A DNA stretch of 64,000 nucleotides from Spirochaetia bacterium (GTDB lineage: Bacteria > Spirochaetota > Spirochaetia > SZUA-6 > Bin103), in NCBI GenBank assembly GCA_965198005.1, contig CBDAOI010000003.1, positions 896,001 to 960,000 of the forward strand, read 5' to 3'. Below are positions 20,295-31,533 of this stretch, in pieces; the stretch's first letter is position 1, and each line of letters opens with the position of its first letter. The notes beneath the pieces were generated by a model. The model saw only the letters and a program-made list of their open reading frames with translations. It had not been told where the DNA came from and made no database searches. Both the position numbers and the translations under genes were made by a program.

Positions 20295-20637
20295 TCAGTG
20301 GCGGCCGCCGCCGATGAGGATGGTCTCGCCGGTGACGTAGTCGCTCAGGTCGGTGGTAAGGAACTCCACCACCTTGGCGCATGTCTTCGATGGTGCCCTC
20401 GCGCCGCAGCGGTAGCGAATCGGCCATGGCACTGCGGTCGCCGAGGCGGCCGGTGCGGATGATCGCCGGGGCGATCGCGTTGACGTTGATCTGGTAGGGG
20501 CCGAGCTCGGCCGCCAGCGACTGGGTGTAGTGGATGATGCCGGCCTTGGCGACGCCGTACCCACGTCCGAGACCGCGCGCGCCGCCGGTAACCAGAGCGA
20601 CCTTGCCTGCCAGCTTGCCTCGTTGCCGATCCTCCAT
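20295..20637 (-). pseudogene. SDR oxidoreductase with central deletion
   Basis: TGGARGLGRGY joined directly to YGVAK (YxxxK); INVNAIAP; YVTGETI in another frame. Confidence 0.8.
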
Positions 20638-20704
20638 AGTCGCAGTCAGCATATCACCGCGGAACCCGTCAGATTGGTGCGCTCGGGAGTATATGCTCAG
20701 CCCC

Positions 20705-21159
20705 ATGGCAAGCAACTGGAAGCTTCATCACCTCGGCATCCCGGTCCGCGACCTCGACGCATCTCTGCAGGCGTACGAGGCACTGGGTGTCACTTCGTTT
20801 GGGCAGGAGTTCCCCATCGACAGCAGCAAGATCGAGGAGTACCTGGTGTATGGCAAGACGCCAGATCCGGTGGTCAGGACGAGGGGGATCATGGGCAGCG
20901 TCGGGCCGGTGGGGGTCGAGCTGCTGCAGCCGGTGGAGGGCACACCGTTCACAGGGAGCTGCTGGAGAGCGTCGGCGAAGGCGTCGGCCATGTCGCCTTT
21001 ACCGTAGACGACATCGAGGCGGAGACTGCCAAGATGGTGGCGCGCGGCTTCCCGGTAATCCTGAGCATCACGCATGCCGGAAGAGACACCCGCAGCGCCG
21101 TGTACCTCGACACGCGCAGCACGTTCAGTAACCTCATCATCGAGCTGATGCAGGCATGA
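20705..21159 (+). pseudogene. VOC/glyoxalase family protein with 1-nt frameshift near 20940
   Basis: LHHLGIPVRDL, VELLQP, EGVGHVAF, IIELMQ. Confidence 0.8.
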
Positions 21160-21928
21160 GCGCGTGACGCGCTGAGCACTTGCACACCGCTTGTTTCCAT
21201 CCCAAGCATGGCGGTGACGCCGGAACAGTCGGCCCGGTTCATCGTGCGCCGGCGTAAGCGCCAGGATGCCCTGCTGGATGTGAGATTCGACGCGATGCGG
21301 CACGCCGCCGAGCGAATCGTTGCCGTCATCGCTCAGCGCTACCGTCCAACGCGGGTCTATCAGTGGGGCTCGCTTCTCGACCGCTCCAGGTTTCGCCGCT
21401 ACTCCGACGTCGACATCGCCGTTTCTGAGAACTTCTACACCGGCGCCGAGACGATCCTCCTCAGAATCAGTCAGTACTTCGAGAACGCCCTCGAGCCCGA
21501 ACGCTGGCACCGAGAACTGCTGCACAAGATGACGCTGGAGGTCCCCGAAATCCGTCCGCGGTTGGTTTCCGAGGAGACCTTCTCCGATCTGGAGGAGCTC
21601 CTGCGGTTCAGGCATTTTCGCCGCTACTACCTTCAGTTCGAGTACAACTGGGACAAGCTGCGTGTCGTGGAGTCGGCGTACGTTCGCGCGCGCGATCGGC
21701 TGGACGACGAGCTGCGCGCGTTCGAGTCGTTCCTGGGGGAGATCGCCGAGCGGCTGTAGCCACGACCTCAGGTCGGCTGATTCCCGGCGGTACCTCAGGT
21801 TGGGGTCACGCCGCCAAATCCGACCCCGGGGCCGAGAGCGGATGCGCCTGCCAACCGACGGCGTGAGCGATGGTCCCTGAAGCTGCACGTGGTGTAACCT
21901 CATCATCGAGCTGATGGAGGCATGAGCG
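21128..21928 (+). repeat. 35-bp direct repeat (21128-21162 and 21894-21928) flanking the MNT-HEPN module
   Basis: GTAACCTCATCATCGAGCTGATG(C/G)AGGCATGAGCG, one mismatch. Confidence 0.9.
21208..21759 (+). CDS. In-frame fusion of MNT nucleotidyltransferase N-half and HEPN C-half
   Basis: WGS...SDVDIAV (MNT) runs into NFYTGAE...WHRELL...FRHFRRYY (HEPN-like). Confidence 0.7.
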   Translation: MAVTPEQSARFIVRRRKRQDALLDVRFDAMRHAAERIVAVIAQRYRPTRVYQWGSLLDRSRFRRYSDVDIAVSENFYTGAETILLRISQYFENALEPERWHRELLHKMTLEVPEIRPRLVSEETFSDLEELLRFRHFRRYYLQFEYNWDKLRVVESAYVRARDRLDDELRAFESFLGEIAERL

Positions 21929-21929
21929 G

Positions 21930-22976
21930 ATGACCATGCAGGCGGTGGTCAAGACCCGCCGGGGGCCAGGCAACACCGAGCTGGTCGAGATTCCGGTTCC
22001 GGAGCCGGGGCCTGGCCAGATCAAGGCAGAGATCAAGTTCTGCGGGATCTGCGGGACCGACCGCAAGATCGTCAGCGACGACCACGCCTACTACCGTCCA
22101 CCGATGGTGCTCGGTCACGAGTTCAGCGCCGTGGTGGTCGAAGTGGGCGAGCGGGTTACGCGGGTGCAGCCGGGCGACCAGATCGTAGTGGCGCCCCTGG
22201 ACTCTCGGGTCACCCTGCACCAGCGGCACGGCTGGGACTGGCCTACAGGCAGGCGCCGTGGATTCGAGTCGCCCTGGGGCACCGCCAGCTACGGCGGCAT
22301 GACCCGATTCGGGGTGTGCGAGGAGGACGCGGCGCTGCGGCTGCCGGCCGGCGTCGACCTGGAGTCGGCGGCCATGACCGAGCCGCTGGCGGTGTGCACC
22401 AGAGGCATCCTGTCGCACGGCGAGATTCGCGCCACCGACGTGGTGGTGGTGTCCGGTCCTGGCCCCATCGGCCTGCTGGCAGCACAAATCGCCAAGGCCC
22501 AGGGCGGCCACGTGGTGGTGTGTGGCGTGGACGGCGACGAGGACAAGCTCGAGGTTGCCCTGCGGCTGGGTGTCGATGCGGTGTACAACGTGGAGCAGGA
22601 GGACCCACTCCCGCATCTGCTGGAGCTGACCGCGGGTGGCGGTGCAGACGTGCTGATCGAGTGCTCCGGACATGGGTCATCGGTCAATCGGCTGTTCGAC
22701 TACGCGCGCCGCGGGGCGCAGCTCATCCAGCTCGGCACCTCCATGCACCCTGCCGAGATCGACTTCATGCAGATCGCGTACAAGGAGCTGAGGGTGGTCG
22801 GTAGCTTCGGCTACCTCCATCGCGACTGGGAACGGAGCCTACAGCTGATGAGCACCGGCAAGGTGAATCCGCGGCCGCTGGTATCCCACACCATGCCGAT
22901 GTCGCAATGGCAGCAGGCGTTCGACACGCTGCGAGACCGGCAGGGGATCAAGATACTGCTCTACCCCGATCGCTGA
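21930..22976 (+). CDS. Zn-dependent alcohol/polyol dehydrogenase (MDR)
   Basis: CGICGTD, GHEFS, EPLA, GPGPIG. Confidence 0.9.
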   Translation: MTMQAVVKTRRGPGNTELVEIPVPEPGPGQIKAEIKFCGICGTDRKIVSDDHAYYRPPMVLGHEFSAVVVEVGERVTRVQPGDQIVVAPLDSRVTLHQRHGWDWPTGRRRGFESPWGTASYGGMTRFGVCEEDAALRLPAGVDLESAAMTEPLAVCTRGILSHGEIRATDVVVVSGPGPIGLLAAQIAKAQGGHVVVCGVDGDEDKLEVALRLGVDAVYNVEQEDPLPHLLELTAGGGADVLIECSGHGSSVNRLFDYARRGAQLIQLGTSMHPAEIDFMQIAYKELRVVGSFGYLHRDWERSLQLMSTGKVNPRPLVSHTMPMSQWQQAFDTLRDRQGIKILLYPDR

Positions 22977-23960
22977 CGCCACTCACCCCGGTCGTGGTCG
23001 GCGTCCGTGAGCGCTGCCGGAGCCGCCCCAAGGCCGAGCCGAGATCGCCGACCCCCAGGGCGGCGACGTCGTCGCCGATATCGTAGCGGTTCGCCGGCGT
23101 GCCAATGACGAGGTGCGGTCCGGGGCGCCATGGCAGACTGCTGCCTGCGAGCTCGCGCGAGACGGTGCGGATGGTTGCCGCATCCTCGGGTCCGGGATGC
23201 TCCTGCCACTTCACCTCGACAAAGGATAGGTGGCCGCCACTGTCGACCACGAAATCGATCTCGCGAGCGCGCTGATCGCGATAGCACCAGAGCGTGGCCG
23301 GCTCATCCTGGAGGGACACCAGCTTGCGGAGCTCCGCGAAGACGAAGGTCTCCCAGACCGCCCCGAGCAGGGGGGACGTGGGCAGCGTCGCTGCGGTCAG
23401 ATTCAGCAGATAGCAGAGCAAACCACTGTCACGAAAGAAGAACTTGGGAGTCGTCGCGGGCCAGATCGCTCTTGTTGAGGACGTTGCCGCTGCGGGTAGC
23501 GAGGACTCGGAGGAATCGTTCGAAATCCCGAAGGCTGGCCACGTGCAGAATCTGGCGTACGTCGCGCTCGAGGTAGGTCGCCAGATACGCCGCGTAGAAG
23601 TCGCCCGCGGGTAGCTCGGGAACCCGCCACAACTCTGGGAACTGCCCGCGTACCATCAACGCAACGAGGTCGCCCTTGCTGCGGTTCGCGGTTGCAGCCG
23701 GGAGCTCCCCCAGGGCAAGCGTCTCCAGGTCGACCAGAGCTAGTCTACCTGCCAGGCTGTCGCTGACCCCTTCCATCAGGGGAAAGTGCTGGCTGCCGGT
23801 CAGCAGGAAGCGGCCGCTGACGTGACGCCGTCGGTCGATTGCGACCTTCAGATGGCGAAACAGCCCAGGCGCATACTGCACCTCGTCGACGATGAGTGGA
23901 TCTGGATGCTCGCGCGGGAAGTCGTCGGGATTTCGCTCCGCCTGTTCCGCCTTGCGCCGA
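22948..23960 (-). pseudogene. AAA_14/DUF4143 ATPase, 5'-truncated and internally deleted
   Basis: DEVQYAP, LTGSQ, SLAGR, TYLERDV, PKFFFRDSG, YRDQ..REIDF across frames. Confidence 0.8.
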
Positions 23961-23964
23961 GACG

Positions 23965-24636
23965 ATCTCGCCGACGATGAGGTCCACCGCCCGTCTGGTG
24001 AACTCCGGTATCATCGCCTCTGGTTTCCAGCCCGCGATGGCAGGGCCGGGCAAACCCAACAACTCCGGCGGTTTGTCCCGGGTGGGGGTGGCAGTGACGT
24101 GATCGTCCTCGATCCATGTGTAGGGCGGAAAGGTTGGCACATCGACTCCAAAGTAGCTGTCGAAACCGCAGTCCACCGGACCACCGCCCAGGCGCCCCGA
24201 GAAGTCGATATTCGCTGCGTAGTCGGCCCGAGGCTTGCGGGCCGGTTCGCCGAACGGTAGCGAGTCGTTGGGATGGGCGCCGTCGAGGGTCGGCCAGTCC
24301 AGGCCCAGGTGCCACTTGCCGATGCAGGCGGTTCGGTATCCTTCCCTGCGGAACAGATGGGCCAGGGTGTCGCGATCCGGTTCGATGAGGGATCCATCTC
24401 ACGGGTAGACATCCCACTTTCGAGCCGAGATCGCCACGTGTAGCGACCGGTCAGAAGGAGTATCGGCTTGGCGTGCACACACTCGATGAGGCATGGGCGT
24501 CGGTAAAACGCATTCCGTGCTGCGCCAGCCGATCGAGGTTCGGTGTTGGGATCTTGGAGGCCGCATTGTTCGCCTTGAGGTCTCCATACCCCATGTCGTC
24601 CGCCAGAATGACGATGATATTCGGTCGTGAATCCAT
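23965..24636 (-). pseudogene. Arylsulfatase N-terminal part, frameshifted and truncated
   Basis: [20 protein letters not shown] motif, GKWHLG, GFDSYFG. Confidence 0.85.
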
Positions 24637-24798
24637 GCTGCTCCGCGGTGACCTGTAGCGCCGCCCTCCCCGCGACCGCCACCGCTCCGCTAAGGGTCAG
24701 CTATCGGCGCTCCGCTCCGCAGCACTGGCACCCAATCTGCGGCTGCGGCCGCGGACTAGCGAGCGGTAACTGGGCTGCGCCCAGCTACCGCTCGCCGA

Positions 24799-25644
24799 AT
24801 GGAAAGCAGGTATCGCGGCGCCGGGGTCGGCTACGGCAACCTCGGGGCCCGCCACGCGGAGGTGATGTCTGGGCTGGAGCGCATCCGCCTGGTCGCGGTC
24901 GCCGATGAGGTAGCGGAGGCGCGCGCACGGGCCGAGCAGGATTGGCCGGGCGTCGCGCGCTACGCCGACGCGGCGGAGATGTTCCGCACGGAGGATCTCG
25001 ACATCGTCGCCATCGCGACGCATGCGTCGAGCCACGCAGCACTGTCGCTGTTGGCCGCCGATCATGGCGCGCACGTCGTGTGCGAGAAGCCGATGGCGGC
25101 CAGCCTGGCGGAGGCCGACACCATGGTCGCCCGGTTCGAGGCGGCGGGGCTGCAACTCGTGATCGACCATCAGTTTCGATTGGGCCCCGGGGCTACCACG
25201 ACGGCGGCCCTGCTCGAAGAGGGAGCCATCGGTCGACTGCAGACCATAAGGGCGAACTTCACCAAGAGCCGCCCGGCGGGCTGGGAGCTGGGCGTAACCG
25301 GAACCCACGTCTTCGATATGGTGTGCAAGGTCGCGGGCAACCCCACCGACTGCATCGCCCACATCCTCGCCGATGGCAACGACGCCAGCCGCGACGATAT
25401 CACGCGCGGCGGCTACTGGACGCCTTCGGGGATGGTGGATCATGGCGACCCCTCGCATGTCGGCGACCACGGTTGGGTAGTGGGCGACTCGCTAGGCGCC
25501 GTTTTTCGTTTCGATTCAGGAGCCGTGGCTCGTGTCATAAGCGATGCCGGCCCCTTGATCACCCCCGCCAAGGCGGTGCGTCAGCTTCTTCCAACCGGGG
25601 ACGACGAGAGCTGTTGTTGTCAGGTATCGTATAGCCGTGAGTAA
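24799..25644 (+). pseudogene. Gfo/Idh/MocA oxidoreductase, C-terminus replaced by unrelated shreds
   Basis: GVGYG, HVVCEKPMA, GTHVFD; tail VARVISDAGPLI resembles a PIN (DUF3368-like) start. Confidence 0.7.
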
Positions 25645-25649
25645 ACCAC

Positions 25650-26039
25650 GTGGCTTACTACATTGAGGAGATCAAGCAGTACTGGGTCTACGACCCTGAA
25701 GGTGCCGAGCGACTGCTCGACGAGGCCGGATACCCACGCGGCGCGGACGGCGTCCGTTTCAGGACCGAGATCCTCGCCAGAGTGCCGGTCACGCTGGAGC
25801 TGGGGGCGGCGGCGCTGCTCATCGGCCTGGTAATCGCGCTGCCGGTCGGCATCTACTCGGCGGTGCGCCAGGGCACCCTGGGCGATTATGTCGGACGCAG
25901 CGTCGCCATCTTCGGGCTGGCCACCCCCAACTTCTGGCTGGGCCTCATGATCCTCATCTTTCCCGGCAGCTGGTGGGGCTGGGCGCCGCCGATCAGACTG
26001 TTTGCCTTCAGTGCGTGGTGCAACGGGCACCGTCATTGA
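25650..26039 (+). pseudogene. Chimera of SBP fragment and dppB fragment
   Basis: YDPEGAERLLDEAGYPRGADG joined in frame to PVTLELG...PNFWLG. Confidence 0.85.
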
Positions 26040-26143
26040 GAAGACGTGATCGATGGTGACGCCCATCGCCAGCGTGGTGGAGAGTTCGTCGCGGTTGGCG
26101 CTCAATCCGTCGATTGCTGTAGTCTTTGGACTATATTACCGGT

Positions 26144-26347
26144 ATGAGACAGAAGGTGAGGGACGCACTCAAGCGGGCCAGAGAAGCAGGATGGGTACAT
26201 GTTCGCACTACCGGTAGCCATCGTCACTTCAAGCATCCGTCCATTCCGGGTACGCTCACCATCGTGGGCAAACCGAGCGATGATCTGCACCCCAAGACCT
26301 GGAAATCCATTCTCAATACCATCAACCCCGACGGAGAGGAGTCATGA
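26144..26347 (+). CDS. hicA: HicA toxin
   Basis: GW...R..GSHRHFKHP...GKPSDDL. Confidence 0.88.
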   Translation: MRQKVRDALKRAREAGWVHVRTTGSHRHFKHPSIPGTLTIVGKPSDDLHPKTWKSILNTINPDGEES

Positions 26348-26562
26348 GTCGCAAATACATCATCATAATCGAAAGCGGAGAACGCAACTGCTCCGCATAC
26401 GCTCCTGACTTGCCGGGATGCATCGCCACGGGTATGACCATTGAGGAAACCAAGCGCAACATGACTGACGCCATTGTGGCACACCTGCAGTTCATGCGTG
26501 AAACCGGGGATCCAATCCCGGAGCCCACCACCGTTGTGGCTGATTCCGTAACCGTTAGATAA
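26344..26562 (+). CDS. hicB: HicB antitoxin
   Basis: AYAPDLPGCIATG.T.EE...GDPIPEP; ATGA overlap with hicA. Confidence 0.88.
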   Translation: MSRKYIIIIESGERNCSAYAPDLPGCIATGMTIEETKRNMTDAIVAHLQFMRETGDPIPEPTTVVADSVTVR

Positions 26563-26599
26563 TCGGATTCCACTTCAGGTCACGATACAGATCCCGCAG

Positions 26600-27238
26600 A
26601 TGGTCCCGATCCAGCGTGCATACTGCACGTACACGGGCACGTCGATTGCGGCGACTACCCCGGACGGTGAGCGCACGAGCCGCCGCATCACCATCGGCCA
26701 GTACAAGACCACTCCGAACAACGTGGTTACCTCGACCGGCGAGACCTACTACTTTACGCCCCCGGAGCAGGTGAAGCAGGAGATGGGCGACCTGATCGAC
26801 TGGTGCCGCGCGCAGGAAGCGAACGGCGAGCATCCGGTGATCATCGCCGCGATCTTCCACTACCGCCTGGTCCGCATCCACCCGTTCGACGACGGCAACG
26901 GCCGCATGGCCCGACTGCTGATGAACCTGATCCTGCTCAGGCACGGCTACACCGTGGCCATCGTCCAACGCGAAGCGCGGGACCGCTACCTGGAGGAGCT
27001 GGAACGAGTCGACCGGACCGAAGACCCGGCGCAATTCATCGATTACGTGGCCTCCTGCTGCGAGTACCCGCTGAATCTCTACCTCCGAGCCGCCCGCGGG
27101 GAGCCGATCGAAGACCCGGGCGATATCGACCGGGCGATCGCCCGCTTCGCACAGTCGCTCATCGAGAGTGACGAGAGTGGATCAGCGCTTGAGCGCATGC
27201 CGCGTGGGTGGCAGACTGCGTTCTCATGGGCACGGTGA
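26600..27238 (+). CDS. Fic-domain protein, probably truncated
   Basis: Canonical HPFDDGNGRMAR motif. Confidence 0.75.
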   Translation: MVPIQRAYCTYTGTSIAATTPDGERTSRRITIGQYKTTPNNVVTSTGETYYFTPPEQVKQEMGDLIDWCRAQEANGEHPVIIAAIFHYRLVRIHPFDDGNGRMARLLMNLILLRHGYTVAIVQREARDRYLEELERVDRTEDPAQFIDYVASCCEYPLNLYLRAARGEPIEDPGDIDRAIARFAQSLIESDESGSALERMPRGWQTAFSWAR

Positions 27239-27283
27239 TCCGTGACCACTCGTCCCCGCGTCGCTACCACCGAAGCCACCGAA

Positions 27284-29018
27284 CAGCAATTCTCGGTGAA
27301 CAAAAATTGAGAGGGTCGGCGTGGGGGGCAATGGCGGGCGGGACGGCACGGGACGGCACGTAAGTGGTCGTATAGGTCATGAGTATGTAATAAGTTGCCT
27401 AGCGTCTGGACACTCGATCCCAGGGTTGTCATGCTGTCTCCTATGGCAAGAGGTCGCCGCAGAGGTCCATTATTACTTCGTTTTCGTGCGCTCCTGGTCT
27501 CCTTGAACCTGCACGCCGCGAAGGTCGTCGATACCCGCCAAGCCAGCAAGGTCCGGTACTCCCTGCAGGATTGCTACGTCTACGTGTGTGGTTTCGCCTT
27601 GTTTTACCTCCAAGACCCTTCCGTGCTGGAGTTCCAACGCCGCTTCCAGGACCAACTCCGCACCAACAACCTCAACTCTACGTTTGGCGTCGCTCAGATC
27701 CCTGCCGACTCCCAGTTCCGCGATCTGCTCGACAGCCATGACTATGAACCGCTGCTCGGCTGCTTCGGCGACTGGATAGGGCGCATGCAGTACACCAAAT
27801 GGCTGCAGCACTATCAGTTCCTCGACGGTCGCTATCTCATCACCATGGACGGCTCCCAGTACTTCAGCTCGTACCAGGTGAACTGTGAGTGCTGTCTGAC
27901 CGCCACCAACAACGGCACCGTACGCTACCACCACGACATCCTGCAGACCGCCATCGTCCACCCCGACAAGCGGCAGGTGCTGCCGTTGGCTGCGGTGATC
28001 GTCGCCGATAGTCTGTACTCCAAGCAACCGTTCATCGAACAGGTGCGCGCCGCCCGCTGCTCGTTTCTGCTGGTGGCCAAGCCGGAGGATCACACCAGCC
28101 TGTACCAGGATATCGACGGGCTGCGCCGCGGTCGGCTGCTGGACCACCGCTGCACCATCGACGTGGGTTACCGGGGCACCGCTGAACGGCAACCCCCGCA
28201 GTCCCAAGATCAACTTCGTGCACTACCGCATCGTACGGGCGGGCACGCCCACCTATCAAAACGCCTGGGTGACCGACTTGGTGCCCAGCGCTGGCAGCGT
28301 AGCGCGGATCGTGCGTGCGGGACGGGCACGCTGGAAGATCGAGAACGAGGGGTTCAATACGCTGAAGAACCAGGGCTATCACCTGGAGCACAACTTCGGC
28401 CACGGTGACAAGTACCTGTCGGAGGCGTTCTTCGTGCTCAACCTGCTGGCCTGTTTCATGCACCGGATATTCGAGCTGGTGGACGGTCTGTATCAGCAGG
28501 TGCGGGCTGGGTTCGGGTCGCGCCGGGAGTTCTGGGGCGCGGTGCGTGCCACGTTCCGGCTATTCCTGTTCCCGTCGTGGGACCAGGTGCTGGTGCGGAT
28601 GAACTCGCCGCCGCAGCCGCTGTCCGGGTAGCCGCTCCCTGGGGAACTGAACCTGCTCCCTGAACGATCCCTGACTGGGGCTGCGGCGCAGGTGTGCCGG
28701 CCGCGCGCGGGCAACCGGCCCCGAAGGGCCGAACGCTGCACCGCGCCAGCCCGCGGCATCGGCCGAGCGGCGGTGGCTGACGGTGGTCAGGTCATCGCAC
28801 GGGGCTGCATGACGGTGGCTAAATACATCACCTGCAATCAGTTACAGAATTTCTTCCGGGTCGGGCCGTCCGGTGCATGCCTTTCACGGGAGGAATGGGT
28901 ATTATGGGTCGTGCATTTACGCGGTGGGCCAACAGGTGGGCATGGTCGCATTTCACATACGGAGGGCTTGAGCTTATGACACTCTGCCCCTCTACCAGCC
29001 GTTCACCGAGAATTGCTG
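27284..29018 (+). mobile_element. Insertion sequence (IS4-like/ISNCY DDE) with perfect 18-bp IRs
   Basis: CAGCAATTCTCGGTGAAC at 27284-27301 and GTTCACCGAGAATTGCTG at 29001-29018. Confidence 0.88.
27443..28631 (+). pseudogene. Transposase with internal deletions/frameshift
   Basis: MDGSQYFSS...C..C, ADSLY, RARWKIENEGFNTLKNQGYHLEHNFGHG. Confidence 0.82.
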
Positions 29019-29632
29019 ACGGTGCGGGGGCTTGTTGACATGACCCTCGTTCTGTGCTCTCTTGTCTCCGAGAGTGCCATGTACGTCACGCGCCGCTCGT
29101 CCATAGCCCCCCCCCCCCCCGGGGACTTTCGTACATCCTGTAGATCACTAACCGCTCAGACTTATCGCTCCGCGTGCACGCGGCCCGCTGCGCGTATCGC
29201 CCTGGTAGCGGGGCGACACGTGTCGTCGCCGGCCCGGTCCATCGCCGAGCCAGCATACCGGTCGCCCGCGCCCTTCCTGGCCGACCGCAACCGCTCTGCC
29301 CTGCGGGAATTGGATCGCAACCCAGCGCCGGCGTTGCCGGCTCATCAGACTCGCTGCTTCGCCAATCGGCATCTCGCCGCCCACTCGCGTGGAGTGGCGG
29401 GGGTGGCGTCTGCACGTCAAAGGAGGGAAGCGATGAAGCTCTGCTGAATCAGGCGCAACTTTCCATGCCTTTCGGCGCGGCACGCGTCAAAGGAGGCACG
29501 GGATAAAGGACTAAAGCAGGGACCGAGCGGCTGCGGCCGCGAAAGGATGTCGCCCTCGCTCGACTGGAGCAGGCGAGGGGCCGGCAGTGGAATCAGCGCT
29601 CTCAACAATTTTTTGATGTGAGGTAGAGAACC

Positions 29633-31417
29633 ATGAGTAATATGGTGAAAAAAAGCGTGGCGATCCTGATTGGACTCGCCCTGACCGCAACCGGCCTTTG
29701 GGCGGGTGGCACAGAAGAGGAGCCGGCAGCCGCGGCTGACAAGAAGTATGTGACCGACCCCTCCACCGGCAAGGTGGTGACCGCGCCGGAGTATGGCGGG
29801 ACAGTGACCTTCGCCCAAAAAGAAGAGCCGCCGGGTACTGACTTGGTGGTCTCTGGTTCGGCGGGAGGCGTCGATGGCGTTTTAGAGAAGTTGGCCTGGG
29901 GGGACTGGGCAACGCCCAGGGTCAAATGGAACTTCCAGTTTCTCAACGTACCAGCTAACACGAAAGGGCAGTTGGCGGAAAGCTGGTCGCAGCCCGACTC
30001 ACTGACGTATATCGTCAAAGTCCGCCAGGGCGTTCGCTGGCATGATAAGCCGCCGATGAACGGTCGGGAACTGACTGCCCAAGATATCGAGTACAACTTT
30101 CACCGTATCTTGGGACTTGGCAGCGGTTTCACCGAACGTAGCGAATTTGCTACTAGCTGGCGCGATGTGCAAGTGGAATCGGTAACGGCCACCGACAAAT
30201 GGACGGTTGTTTTCAAGCTGAAGGAGCCACACCTCTTTGCGCTGGTTGCTATGCTCGACGGCAACATGGCTCGGATATACCCCCCCGAGGTAATCAAGGA
30301 ACATGGGGACGTTACGGATTGGAGGAACCTGGTCGGCACCGGGCCCTATATGCTGACTGACTGGACCGAGGGCAGCTCTATCACCTGGGACAAGAATCCT
30401 GACTACTGGGGCGCCGACGAAAAATACCCGGAGAACCGCTTGCCCTATATTGACCGGTTAAGGGCCCTGACTATGCGGGAACCGGCAACACAGCTGGCGG
30501 CACTGCGCACGGGTCGGGTTGATTACCTAGGTCGGAACGGCCAAGCCGCAATGAGGAGTCTCGACCAGGTAGAGAGCCTCCAGCGGACCAACCCTGAAAT
30601 CGTGATATCGTCGTTTTCCGTCGGGAGTGGGGGGACTATGTTTGGCATGAACGTTCAGATAGAGCCCTTCGACGACATCAGGGTGCGCAAGGCAATGCAG
30701 ATGGCAATAAACCTCGAAGAAATTAGCAATGCATACTATAAGGGTAATGCAGATGCAATACCTCAGGGGCTGCTAAACCGTATGTTTACAGAGGTTGCCA
30801 CCCAATTTGAAGATTGGCCCGAAGATGTCAAGAAGGTCTTTGACTACGACCCGGAAGGCGCCGAAGCGCTGCTTGATGAGGCCGGGTATCCTCGCGGCGC
30901 GGACGGCATTAGATTTAAGACCGAGTTGATGCATTTCGTCCGGTACGATTTGAACTATGATGAATTAGTCGCCTCATACTGGAATAAGATTGGCGTTGAT
31001 GTAGAGATTGATGTACAGGAAGCAGCTACATATGGCCCTAGAAGAAATGAGAGGGATTTCGAAATGATCAACGCGGAGGGGGCCAGTATTTGGTACCCAT
31101 TGCCAGTAATGTTTCGCTATGTGCCGGCCGCACCTTGGAATACCTCCAATGTCAACGACCCGGTTTATACAGCCAAGTTTGAAGCCGGCGGAGCCGCTAC
31201 CACCCTCGAGGAGCAAAACAGGATAGCCGGAGAGTTGAATCAGTATGGGATAGAGAAGTTCTGGACGATTTGGGGTCCTGGGGCCCCACTGTATGTGGCG
31301 ATCCAGCCGTGGATCCAAGGGTTTAACAATGAAGGGGCGTTGGGAAACGGTCAATATACCGCCATCTTCGCCCGCCTCTGGATTGATAGTGAGCTGAAGG
31401 AAGCTATGGGTCACTAG
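29633..31417 (+). CDS. ABC transporter substrate-binding protein family 5, complete
   Basis: Signal peptide then AGGTEEE; LAESW, GTGPY, DIRVRKAM. Confidence 0.93.
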   Translation: MSNMVKKSVAILIGLALTATGLWAGGTEEEPAAAADKKYVTDPSTGKVVTAPEYGGTVTFAQKEEPPGTDLVVSGSAGGVDGVLEKLAWGDWATPRVKWNFQFLNVPANTKGQLAESWSQPDSLTYIVKVRQGVRWHDKPPMNGRELTAQDIEYNFHRILGLGSGFTERSEFATSWRDVQVESVTATDKWTVVFKLKEPHLFALVAMLDGNMARIYPPEVIKEHGDVTDWRNLVGTGPYMLTDWTEGSSITWDKNPDYWGADEKYPENRLPYIDRLRALTMREPATQLAALRTGRVDYLGRNGQAAMRSLDQVESLQRTNPEIVISSFSVGSGGTMFGMNVQIEPFDDIRVRKAMQMAINLEEISNAYYKGNADAIPQGLLNRMFTEVATQFEDWPEDVKKVFDYDPEGAEALLDEAGYPRGADGIRFKTELMHFVRYDLNYDELVASYWNKIGVDVEIDVQEAATYGPRRNERDFEMINAEGASIWYPLPVMFRYVPAAPWNTSNVNDPVYTAKFEAGGAATTLEEQNRIAGELNQYGIEKFWTIWGPGAPLYVAIQPWIQGFNNEGALGNGQYTAIFARLWIDSELKEAMGH

Positions 31418-31445
31418 GGAGTGCACCCCTACTGACCTCAGGGAA

Positions 31446-31510
31446 AAGGGGGCCGGGAGGCGCGCGCTTCCGAGCGCGTTTCGCTTGCGAGCGCGCTTCC
31501 CGGCTCCCTT
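31446..31510 (+). terminator. Long GC hairpin after SBP gene (attenuator or mRNA stabiliser)
   Basis: AAGGGGGCCGGGAGGCGCGC pairs with GCGCGCTTCCCGGCTCCCTT. Confidence 0.5.
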
Positions 31511-31533
31511 ACTCATTGCATGATGGGTGTGAC

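Noticed and set aside
16800-28631. String of unrelated genes as an integron cassette array
   Set aside because: Mixed orientations, no recurring attC-like sites seen, no intI; most units are fragments.
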